Below the pieces are notes generated by a model that worked only from the letters and a program-made list of their open reading frames with translations, had not been told where the DNA came from and searched no databases. A DNA stretch of 28,532 nt from Bacteroidales bacterium (lineage in GTDB: Bacteria; Bacteroidota; Bacteroidia; Bacteroidales; VadinHA17): NCBI GenBank assembly GCA_020353115.1, contig CP070687.1, forward strand, positions 1 to 28,532, written 5' to 3'. This document shows positions 1-7,890 of the stretch, in pieces; the first letter of the stretch is position 1; the number at the start of each line of letters is the position of its first letter. The translations under genes and the position numbers were made by a program.

Positions 1-649
1 CTTTACCGGATACGATCGTAAATATTTTCTTATCGTCTTTTCCCGGTTTTACAATAATATGATGATCATGATCTCCGCTCCCGCTCACCCAAACATGGTC
101 GGATCCTGTACTCCCTGAATCGATCGTGATTCTGATTTGTTTGGTACATTCTTCATCTCCCGTATCAAGGGTATCGATAACAACAGCTACCCCTTTGGAT
201 ATCAAAACACTACCACCCTTTGAATAGGAATATGCCACGGCTTTCTCTCCCGTTCCCGACCTGATCTTTCTCTTAACGGTTACATATTTTCCATCCTCCT
301 CTTCAATTTCAATATCCATAAATTCATCATCGTCGACCGTCAATACAATGGTTTTAATGGAATCCGAGTCCACCTTCTTCATCCCGGAATCGAGGTAAAA
401 GTGGCCATGTTCATCAATTCTATAAAGATCAAGATCTTCAATTTCAGCAAATTCACTGATTAGATTCTTCAATTCATCGCTTTCGGATCCCGACTTTATA
501 TAAAATGTGGTATCCAGGGTCACAACTTCATCTTTCTTTACTTTCAGGTGAACTTTTGTTTTATCTTTTTCCTGTGTGAAAGCAAGTACACTACTGAAGA
601 AGAAAATTGCCGCCAGGATTAATTCTGTTTTAAGTTTTACTGTCTTCAT
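1..649 (-). CDS. Exported hypothetical protein, 3' end outside the window (partial, 216 codons seen)
   Basis: Not in the ORF track. Manual translation from ATG at 649 is open to the window edge: MKTVKLKTELILAAIFFFSSVLAFTQEKDKTKVHLKVKKDEVVTLDTTFYIK...GSGDHDHHIIVKPGKDDRKYLRSYPVK. It has a basic N-terminus, a hydrophobic core and Gln near the predicted cleavage site. A TACCTTTG -7 box lies upstream (691-698, minus strand). Confidence 0.85.
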   Translation of the reverse strand, partial: MKTVKLKTELILAAIFFFSSVLAFTQEKDKTKVHLKVKKDEVVTLDTTFYIKSGSESDELKNLISEFAEIEDLDLYRIDEHGHFYLDSGMKKVDSDSIKTIVLTVDDDEFMDIEIEEEDGKYVTVKRKIRSGTGEKAVAYSYSKGGSVLISKGVAVVIDTLDTGDEECTKQIRITIDSGSTGSDHVWVSGSGDHDHHIIVKPGKDDKKIFTIVSGK

Positions 650-690
650 AAGGAGTTTTTTAGTTTGTATTTATCAGGAATTATATAAGA

Positions 691-698
691 CAAAGGTA
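691..698 (-). promoter_or_regulatory. Bacteroidota primary-sigma -7 box (TACCTTTG) for the divergent exported-protein gene
   Basis: Plus strand CAAAGGTA reads TACCTTTG on the minus strand, matching TAnnTTTG, ~40 nt upstream of the ATG at 649. Confidence 0.6.
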
Positions 699-709
699 AA
701 TCCAGGTTG

Positions 710-745
710 TGTTAACGAAGCTTAAGGAGTGTTAAATATTGTTAA
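710..745. promoter_or_regulatory. Four phased direct repeats (TGTTAA/GCTTAA/TGTTAA/TGTTAA), candidate OmpR/PhoB-type (RprY) operator
   Basis: TTAA occurs at 712, 722, 732 and 742 with exact 10-bp period, between two divergent -7 boxes. Confidence 0.5.
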
Positions 746-772
746 AAATACAGATGGTTTATAAGGTAGATG

Positions 773-780
773 TATCTTTG
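773..780 (+). promoter_or_regulatory. -7 box (TATCTTTG) for rprXY
   Basis: Exact TAnnTTTG match ending 7 nt before the ATG at 788. Confidence 0.6.
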
Positions 781-787
781 TATTGTT

Positions 788-2368
788 ATGAGCAGGAAAC
801 TGATATGGATTTTGGCTGTGATAATGACAGCAGGATTAATGGGGCTGATTGCTGTCCAGGGATATTGGATACGTAATGCCGTAGCGGTAAAAGAACAGCA
901 ATTCCGTCAATCCGTGAATAGAGCACTCTCTTCTGTTATACAGGAACTGGAAGAAAAGGAGGCACTTCAACGGATTGTTCATGAAATCATACCTGATTCT
1001 GTTCCGGGAAGAGTGATCATCACCTCAGAAAATGTTCCTGGCGACAGTTCCGTTGCAGCCATTCATATCGCCGGTGAGACAATCGTTCTGGACAAAGACG
1101 GCAATGGCTTTTATCTTCCCGGGTCGGAAGATGTATGGAGTGATTCATTGGATTATGTTTCAATCGATCCCGAGATAGAGTTCCACACCAGCGTATTTTC
1201 AGAGACACACATAATCAACAGAGAAGATCTTTATGCTACTCTTTCCAGAAAGGTTACCAACAAAACCGTTTTTGTTGAGAATGTTCTTAAAAAAATGATA
1301 AATGTAAATCCCAGTATTGAAGAAAGGATTGACATTCGATTACTGAACGATTTGCTTAACAATGAGTTGAATGAAAGAGACATCCGGCTGAATTATGAAT
1401 TTGCCGTAAGGAAAAGTCCCCAAAATGAATTTGTTTTTCACTCCGATGGATTTAAGACATACACGAAATCGGCAGTATACCAACAAACTCTTTTCCCGAA
1501 CGATCTGGTCAACAATCCGAATTTCCTGACTCTCTATTTCCCCAACGAAAAAAATTATTTGTTTAAATCCCTGGGATTTATGGGGATTTCTTCTGCCGTA
1601 TTAACCCTTTTTCTGGTTGTTACTTTTGCTGTTACACTATATATCATATTCCGACAAAAAAGGTTGTCAGAAATTAAAACCGATTTTGTAAACAATATGA
1701 CCCATGAACTCAAAACTCCGATTTCTACCATCTCACTGGCATCACAGATGTTAAAGGATGATAGTATTGAAGTGAAGGATAAGAATATCGATCAGATCAC
1801 CAGGGTAATTGACGATGAGAGTAAACGCCTTGGATACCAGGTGGAAAAAGTACTTCAAATGGCTATTTTTGACAGGGGGAAAATCAAACTCAAAATCAAG
1901 GAGATCGATATACACCCTCTGATCCGGAATGTGGTTTCAAATTTCAGTATGCAGCTGGAAAACAGGAATGGCCGGATTGAACTTCAACTGGAGGCTGATC
2001 CGTCAACACTAAGGGTAGATGAAATCCATTTCACCAATATCTTGTCCAATCTGCTGGATAATGCGATCAAGTATTGTGACACTATACCGGAAATAGTAAT
2101 CCGGACAACCAGGTCTGTAAAAAAGTTTATCATTTCTGTGGATGATAATGGAATAGGAATAAAAAAGGATGATCTGAAAAGGATATTTGAACGTTTTTAT
2201 CGTGTACCATCCGGAAATATACATAATGTAAAGGGATTTGGCCTGGGTCTCAGTTACGTGAAGAAGATCATTGATGAGCATAGTGGCACCATTATTGTGG
2301 ATAGTCAGCCGGGTAAAGGTACCCGTTTCGATATCTGTATTCCCCATAATGGATCGAAAGATGAATAA
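788..2368 (+). CDS. rprX: Membrane sensor histidine kinase, RprX-like
   Basis: Two TM segments flank an extracytoplasmic region. H-box NNMTHELKTP, N-box NLLDNAIKY, G1 DDNGIGI, F-box IFERFYRV, G2 GFGLGLSYV. The stop overlaps the rprY start. Start moved from 770 to 788 because a -7 box lies between them. Confidence 0.85.
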   Translation: MSRKLIWILAVIMTAGLMGLIAVQGYWIRNAVAVKEQQFRQSVNRALSSVIQELEEKEALQRIVHEIIPDSVPGRVIITSENVPGDSSVAAIHIAGETIVLDKDGNGFYLPGSEDVWSDSLDYVSIDPEIEFHTSVFSETHIINREDLYATLSRKVTNKTVFVENVLKKMINVNPSIEERIDIRLLNDLLNNELNERDIRLNYEFAVRKSPQNEFVFHSDGFKTYTKSAVYQQTLFPNDLVNNPNFLTLYFPNEKNYLFKSLGFMGISSAVLTLFLVVTFAVTLYIIFRQKRLSEIKTDFVNNMTHELKTPISTISLASQMLKDDSIEVKDKNIDQITRVIDDESKRLGYQVEKVLQMAIFDRGKIKLKIKEIDIHPLIRNVVSNFSMQLENRNGRIELQLEADPSTLRVDEIHFTNILSNLLDNAIKYCDTIPEIVIRTTRSVKKFIISVDDNGIGIKKDDLKRIFERFYRVPSGNIHNVKGFGLGLSYVKKIIDEHSGTIIVDSQPGKGTRFDICIPHNGSKDE

Positions 2369-3047
2369 GATAAGAATCCTACTGGCAGAAGATGATGAAA
2401 ATCTGGGATCCCTCCTGAAGGAATATTTAAGCGTTAAGGGATATGAGACAGGTTTATATTCAGACGGTAACAGGGCTTATAAGGGTTTTATTCAGGAACA
2501 TTATGATCTCTGTCTCCTGGATGTCATGATGCCGGTCAAGGACGGTTTCACACTGGCAAAGGAGATCCGCCTGATCAATAGTGATATACCAATAATTTTC
2601 CTGACTGCCAAGTCGCTCAAGGAAGATGTCCTGGAAGGATTTACCATCGGTGCCGATGACTATATTACCAAACCGTTCAGTATGGAGGAACTTTTGTTCA
2701 GGATCGAAGCAATCCTCAGAAGAACAAATCCGGAGATGGGAGAATCCCATAAAGACCTGTATCCCATTGGTGAGTATATATTCGACAGCCAGAAACAGCA
2801 ATTGTCAAGAGGGGATCATGTTCAGAAACTGACCACCAAAGAATCCGAACTGCTGAAACTCTTATGCAATAATAAAAACAAGGTCCTGGAACGAAATTTT
2901 GCCCTAAGGACCATCTGGATCGACGACAACTACTTCAATGCCAGAAGCATGGATGTATATATCACCAAGTTGAGAAAATATCTTAAGGAAGATCCATCCA
3001 TCGGTATCATTAATATCCACGGGAAAGGCTATAAACTCATCGGCTGA
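2361..3047 (+). CDS. rprY: OmpR-family response regulator RprY
   Basis: MNKIRILLAEDDENLG...DVMMPVKDGFTLA...FLTAK...DDYITKPF...IWIDDNYFNARSMDVYITKLRKYL...INIHGKGYKL closely matches Bacteroides/Porphyromonas RprY as I recall it. The likely start is ATG 2361, overlapping the kinase stop by 8 nt. Confidence 0.9.
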   Translation: MNKIRILLAEDDENLGSLLKEYLSVKGYETGLYSDGNRAYKGFIQEHYDLCLLDVMMPVKDGFTLAKEIRLINSDIPIIFLTAKSLKEDVLEGFTIGADDYITKPFSMEELLFRIEAILRRTNPEMGESHKDLYPIGEYIFDSQKQQLSRGDHVQKLTTKESELLKLLCNNKNKVLERNFALRTIWIDDNYFNARSMDVYITKLRKYLKEDPSIGIINIHGKGYKLIG

Positions 3048-3055
3048 ACTCCTGA

Positions 3056-3377
3056 TTCGTTAATCGTCTTTCAATTTCCGGGAACGATACACGGATCGTA
3101 AATCGTTGTTCGTTAATCGTGAATCAACTGACGATACCGTGCTACGACTCAGAGTAAACCGTACGGTATAAAAAAGTGAAGATTGACTAAACAATGTTGC
3201 GAAACGGATCCGCGCCAGGTCACAGCGACTGGAGGGTTTTGTAATCCATACCCTCATACGGCAATACGCAACAAAGCCGGTATTGAACTTCGTTTATCGG
3301 TTAAAGTAAACAATTATTGACGATTTACGAATAACGCGTCAGGATCCGGGGATCATTACCGGATAACGACCAACGAA
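3056..3377. repeat. Long imperfect inverted-repeat (fold-back) element filling the convergent rprY / plsA-like intergenic gap
   Basis: Nested complementary arms: 3056-3067/3366-3377 (10/12), 3077-3097/3343-3363 (17/21 ungapped), 3098-3106/3320-3328 (9/9), 3113-3119/3298-3304, 3132-3139/3278-3285 and 3195-3201/3267-3273 (7/7). TCGT(T/A)AATCGT occurs three times directly and twice inverted. Confidence 0.7.
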
Positions 3378-3381
3378 AAAG

Positions 3382-6300
3382 CTAATCCCTTATATGCCAG
3401 TACTCGGGTTTATTATAGCCTTTCATTCTGGAGTATTCTTTCGCCTGGTGCATAAAGGCCTGAAGGCGTAATTCTATTGCTGCATCATCCTGTCCGTCAT
3501 ACGCGATACTCTCATAGGGCAGGTTCCCGTGGTCCTGTTTAAACTTATGGGAAACGGATGCCACTACTGTCCCCGGCATACATGTAAACGGGAGGATGTT
3601 CACAATCCCTGATATATTTGTATCGGTTAATCTGACGGAGCTTCCAAGGTTCAGGGCGGGATCGCCATCATAGTGCCTGTGGATATAGGGATCACAATTA
3701 TCCAGCATTTCCCGAACGGTAATATCCCGTTCTTCTTCAAACAGGCCATGAACTGCCTTATGAAGGTTTCTGGCTGAGATATTTTGTGAATAATCCTGTA
3801 TTTTCGATTTTAACAGGCCTTTAAAATCTCCTTTCCAAATGCTATCCCTTGTATACCGGTATGTTGAATAACTGAGCCATTCCGAGAAGGGTGCGATAAA
3901 GGTCTCTGCCCCGAATCTCTCCAGTCTGTCGACCAGGTATGCGCTGCAGAACGGATTATCCCGCATAAAGATCTCACCTACCACTGCAACTACCGGTTTC
4001 CTTTCGCCATTGGTAGTCTGGATGAATTTAAATTTCCGGGCGTATTCACGAAGTACCCGGGTAAGATCTTTCGCTCCCCTTTCCACCGATGAAACCACAG
4101 CAGCCAGGGCTTCCCTGTATACCCGTTCTGTTTCTCCCGGAACCACTTCATACGGTTTCCTTTCCTGTTTCAGCTTTCGGAGCAGATCAACGGCAACAAA
4201 ACCCTTCCATGCTGTAAAACGGAATTTGGTCCCATGCCCCCCGGACAGGTCTTCATACGACGTATCGTTGCTCGGAGAAATGATCTTCACATCCTTATAT
4301 CCAAGGCGGTCAAAAATAATCTTTTGCAATTTGTTGTATTGTCCGAACCTGCAGGGTCCATTATGATCCGGCATGAAGAAGCTGATTTTGGATGGATCCA
4401 CTCCCGGTTCCATCAATTTCTTCAAGAAGCTCCCAGTGGTACAGATCATTGGAAAGCATTCCCGTGCGGAGGTATATTTCCTGCCCAGCTCGAGGGCTTC
4501 CTTATCCTGCATGGGTAATACATCCGATTGCAGACCGCAGCTCCGGACTGCAGCAGCGACGGTATAGGCAGCGTCACACATATAGGGAAAATAGAGCATC
4601 CTGCTGGCTGAAGGGGATGAATCCATTACTCCCGGTCTGTAGATTTCCTTTTGTTTCCCTTTTATCTTTTTTGATCCCCTCAGGCTATCCAGGAAAGCTT
4701 CGTAACGGGTTATCATTCCTGCATCAGCACTGTGTTCATCGATCTCTATTTCAAGATATGGCTTCCCTGCCATCTCCTCATGTACAAAATGGGAAAGGAA
4801 GGAATCGGGACCACAACGAAAATTCCCCATATAGACGGCATGCAATTTTTTATCCCTGGCAACGATTCTTGCCGCTGCAAGGATTTTCTGCCCGTTTGGC
4901 CAGTACATCTGGGGATAATCATTGGTAATCTTTTCACTTCCCAATGGCAGAAAATCAATCGGGATAGGCAATACATCCTGGTTAATCAGTTTTTCAACCA
5001 TGCTCAGGTTAAGGGCAGGATCCCCTGTATTATAAGACCTGCCGAGCAGGACCAATGCTTCCTTATCTTCAGGAAGGTTGTCGAGCACCTCCTGCCCGCG
5101 TAATAACAGCTCTTGTTCAAAAGCAACCTGTACCTTATCTGCCTCCCGTATGGCTTGGACGGTTTTTTTCCTCGATATTCCGAATTTTTCCCGCATATAA
5201 TCCGAGAGTTCCTTATCCAGCACTTTCCCAAAGTACCTGAAATTCAATGTAGGTACCAGCATCTTTCCGATCAGCTTTTCGTCGTTCAGAGCCGCTTTCA
5301 TCATGAAAGGGAAAGTCTGAACCCATGGGCAATTGCAGTTGTTTGTCGGATTATCTGGTGCAGCTTTCGAATTGATAATGAACGGGGTAAATACATGGTC
5401 GACATCTTTGTTCTCAAGAAGGTTCATAATATGACCATGCATCAATTCCACCGGGAAACAGGTTTCTGCAACGATGACTTCCAGAGATTTTTTGATCAGC
5501 TGATTATCCGATTCCGGTGAAATTACGACATGAAATCCCAGTTCACTGAAGAATGTACGCCAGAATGGAAATTGCTGGAAGAAAAGAACCAGTGCCCTGG
5601 GAATACCGATGGTAATCCGTCCGTTTTTAGGTTCTTCGGTATAATCCCCCATGAGCATTGCCATCCTCTCATCGAAAAGGTTGGGTATTCCCTTTCCCTT
5701 TCCTTTCCGTTCATCCAGTTCGTATTTCTCGCATCTGCCGCCATAGTATAGCGGTTTTTTCTCACCTTCTATTCTTACCCTTCTTATTTCGCACTGGTTT
5801 GAACAAGCTTTGCAGGTGAATTTGTCTACTTTATAAGGGATCTTGCTGATATCGAATCCTTTAAACCGTGTCTTCCTGCCGTCTTTTACGGTATCCCTGG
5901 CCAACATGGCAGCCCCGATTGCCCCGGTAACATCGAAATGGGGTGGGACAATAATCTTTTTACCGGTAACTTTCTCAAAGGCAGCAACAACGGCTTTGTT
6001 ATTGGTAACACCTCCCTGAAAAAAGATATGGTTGCCGATTCGCTTTTTCCGGACCACTTTCTGGATATAGTTTTCGACAATAGAATATGCGAGTCCTCCG
6101 ACAAGATTTTCCTTCTCCACCCCTTTCTGCTGTTGGGAATTCAGGTCCGATTCCATGAATACCGTACACCTGTTACCCAATCCTGCCGGTTTTGGAGCTG
6201 CAAGACCGAGTGCTCCGAATTCCTCTATAATATTAATATCCAGTTTTTCCGCTTGTTCTTCAAGAAAGGATCCGGTTCCGGCAGCACAGACTTTATTCAT

Positions 6301-7629
6301 TTCAAAATCAACCACCACACCATTATCAATACTGATAAACTTTGAATCCTGCCCCCCGATCTCGAAAATGGTATCTACCCTTGAATCATAGTCAATGGCG
6401 GCTGTTGCCTGGGCAGTGATCTCATTCTGGATGGTATCGGCTCCGACAAAGTCGCCTGTCAGATACCTTCCCGAACCGGTTGTTCCGGCTCCTCTGACAA
6501 TTACCCTGTCACCCACCTCGTCGCATATCTCCGACATGCCTTTACGTATTGCTTCAAGGGGTTTACTGGCTGTTGGCAGGTATCGTCTTGCAATTACCCG
6601 GTTTTGATCATCGATCAGGACCACATTGGTACTCAATGATCCGACATCCAATCCGAGATATACTTCCACTTTATCCTGGTTATCCGGAATCGGGAATACC
6701 TCTTTATTATAATCGGCATCTGACTCGACAAGAGGTTCATGAACATCTCCCCTGGACTGGGCACTCGTAAGGTATTTTTCCAGAGATTCAAGTCCCCTGA
6801 AGGCACATCCCTCCTCATTTTCCCTGTCAAGTATATGATAAACGGCACCGATCGCTCCCATCGATGCATGGTACTCGGGTATAATCAAATCCTTTTCACC
6901 TGCCTTTAACAGTTCCCTGAATGCCCTTACTACTCCGGCATTCGCAGCAACACCACCCTGGAAGAGTACCGGAAATTCAAATTGTTTTCCTTTCCCCAGC
7001 GCGCTGATAAAATTCCTTGCAACGGCAAAACAGAGTCCGGCAACAATATCATGTACCGGTGTGGCAATCTGCTGCAGGTGGATCATATCGCTTTTTGCAA
7101 ATACGCTGCACCGTCCTGCTATCCTGGGAGGATCCTCTGACCTGAGCGCCAATTCCCCGAATTCCCCGTCAATGGAAACACCGATGCGCTTTGCCTGCTG
7201 GTCAAGAAATGACCCGGTACCGGCAGCACATATGTTGTTTAAGGTAAAATCAGATAACCGGCTGTATCTTTCTTCCTCATTCTCCTGCATTAATATCAGC
7301 TTGGAATCCTCACCTCCCATCTCTATCACCGTCTTAACATGGGGGTATAACTTTGCGACCGACGCGGATTGGGCTATGATCTCGTTTACGAAATACCCGC
7401 CTACAAGGTCTACCGCAAGCTTACCACCCGTACCGGTAAAAGCCAATTTCTGAATTTCATATTCCGAATAATCGGAATAGATCTTCTCCAGCAAATCTTT
7501 CAGCAGATGGAACGGCTTACCATGACAGAAATGATAATGGTTAGCAACGATCCTCCTTTCACCATCCATAATAATGGTATTGATTGAAATAGAACCAATA
7601 TCAAAACCAAGATGAATAACCTTCTTCAT
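3382..7629 (-). CDS. Fused CoA-activase x2 + DUF2229/2-hydroxyacyl-CoA dehydratase-like x2 protein; PlsA(-PlsR)/Ger-type plasmalogen or ether-lipid synthase candidate
   Basis: Two BadF/BcrAD-type ATPase/[4Fe-4S] activase modules: DIGSIS..IEMGGEDSK..NNICAAGTGSFLDQQA..AGRCSVF and DVGSLS..FEIGGQDSK..NKVCAAGTGSFLEEQA..GNRCTVF. Linker CKACSNQC...GGRC. Then IGIPRAL..ETCFP..NCPWV..FRCGPDSF..EIDEH, and RECFP..GPCRFGQY..VVGEIFMR..PFTCMPG..YDGQ. The family call is firm; the product is inferred. Confidence 0.8.
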   Translation of the reverse strand: MKKVIHLGFDIGSISINTIIMDGERRIVANHYHFCHGKPFHLLKDLLEKIYSDYSEYEIQKLAFTGTGGKLAVDLVGGYFVNEIIAQSASVAKLYPHVKTVIEMGGEDSKLILMQENEEERYSRLSDFTLNNICAAGTGSFLDQQAKRIGVSIDGEFGELALRSEDPPRIAGRCSVFAKSDMIHLQQIATPVHDIVAGLCFAVARNFISALGKGKQFEFPVLFQGGVAANAGVVRAFRELLKAGEKDLIIPEYHASMGAIGAVYHILDRENEEGCAFRGLESLEKYLTSAQSRGDVHEPLVESDADYNKEVFPIPDNQDKVEVYLGLDVGSLSTNVVLIDDQNRVIARRYLPTASKPLEAIRKGMSEICDEVGDRVIVRGAGTTGSGRYLTGDFVGADTIQNEITAQATAAIDYDSRVDTIFEIGGQDSKFISIDNGVVVDFEMNKVCAAGTGSFLEEQAEKLDINIIEEFGALGLAAPKPAGLGNRCTVFMESDLNSQQQKGVEKENLVGGLAYSIVENYIQKVVRKKRIGNHIFFQGGVTNNKAVVAAFEKVTGKKIIVPPHFDVTGAIGAAMLARDTVKDGRKTRFKGFDISKIPYKVDKFTCKACSNQCEIRRVRIEGEKKPLYYGGRCEKYELDERKGKGKGIPNLFDERMAMLMGDYTEEPKNGRITIGIPRALVLFFQQFPFWRTFFSELGFHVVISPESDNQLIKKSLEVIVAETCFPVELMHGHIMNLLENKDVDHVFTPFIINSKAAPDNPTNNCNCPWVQTFPFMMKAALNDEKLIGKMLVPTLNFRYFGKVLDKELSDYMREKFGISRKKTVQAIREADKVQVAFEQELLLRGQEVLDNLPEDKEALVLLGRSYNTGDPALNLSMVEKLINQDVLPIPIDFLPLGSEKITNDYPQMYWPNGQKILAAARIVARDKKLHAVYMGNFRCGPDSFLSHFVHEEMAGKPYLEIEIDEHSADAGMITRYEAFLDSLRGSKKIKGKQKEIYRPGVMDSSPSASRMLYFPYMCDAAYTVAAAVRSCGLQSDVLPMQDKEALELGRKYTSARECFPMICTTGSFLKKLMEPGVDPSKISFFMPDHNGPCRFGQYNKLQKIIFDRLGYKDVKIISPSNDTSYEDLSGGHGTKFRFTAWKGFVAVDLLRKLKQERKPYEVVPGETERVYREALAAVVSSVERGAKDLTRVLREYARKFKFIQTTNGERKPVVAVVGEIFMRDNPFCSAYLVDRLERFGAETFIAPFSEWLSYSTYRYTRDSIWKGDFKGLLKSKIQDYSQNISARNLHKAVHGLFEEERDITVREMLDNCDPYIHRHYDGDPALNLGSSVRLTDTNISGIVNILPFTCMPGTVVASVSHKFKQDHGNLPYESIAYDGQDDAAIELRLQAFMHQAKEYSRMKGYNKPEYWHIRD

Positions 7630-7648
7630 ATTACAGACGTTATTGCCT

Positions 7649-7656
7649 CAAAGATA
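7649..7656 (-). promoter_or_regulatory. -7 box (TATCTTTG) upstream of the plsA-like gene
   Basis: Plus strand CAAAGATA, 19 nt upstream of the ATG at 7629. Confidence 0.55.
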
Positions 7657-7890
7657 TTAAAAATAGAAAAAAAATCTAATCGCTGAATAATTGAGGTAAT
7701 TTGGACTCTATTTAGAATCGATCAGGCATTCGGCAGAAGCTGATACCAACTTAATTTATTTACTAATCCATAATCGGTATTCCATTTTGTCTGTCCGTGT
7801 TCCATGGATGGATATTTTCCCGGACTGGGTTACATCTCAGGTTTACATCAGGAATGGCACCAGGATAATACGGGAAATCCATTGAAGGGA

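Noticed and set aside
770-787. ORF-track N-terminal extension of rprX (MYLCIV); likewise rprY from 2271, lptE from TTG 16514 and cstA from 22760
   Set aside because: The extensions overlap promoter boxes or neighbouring genes, and family similarity begins at the later starts (788, 2361, 16535, 22721).
3128-3174. Hammerhead-like core CTGACGA followed by a stem (TACCGT/ACGGTA)
   Set aside because: The required GAAA after stem II reads TAAA (catalytic G12 missing), and no stem III or UH cleavage site can be drawn.
3231-3254. TTTGTAA resembling a tRNA-Thr(UGU) anticodon loop
   Set aside because: There is no proper anticodon stem, D-arm, TTCGA T-loop or acceptor stem.
3060-3257. 65-aa minus-strand ORF (MRVWITKPSS...) in the intergenic gap
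   Set aside because: No recognisable motif, Arg/Ser-rich composition typical of spurious frames, and it lies wholly within the inverted-repeat element. It cannot be fully excluded without ribosome profiling.
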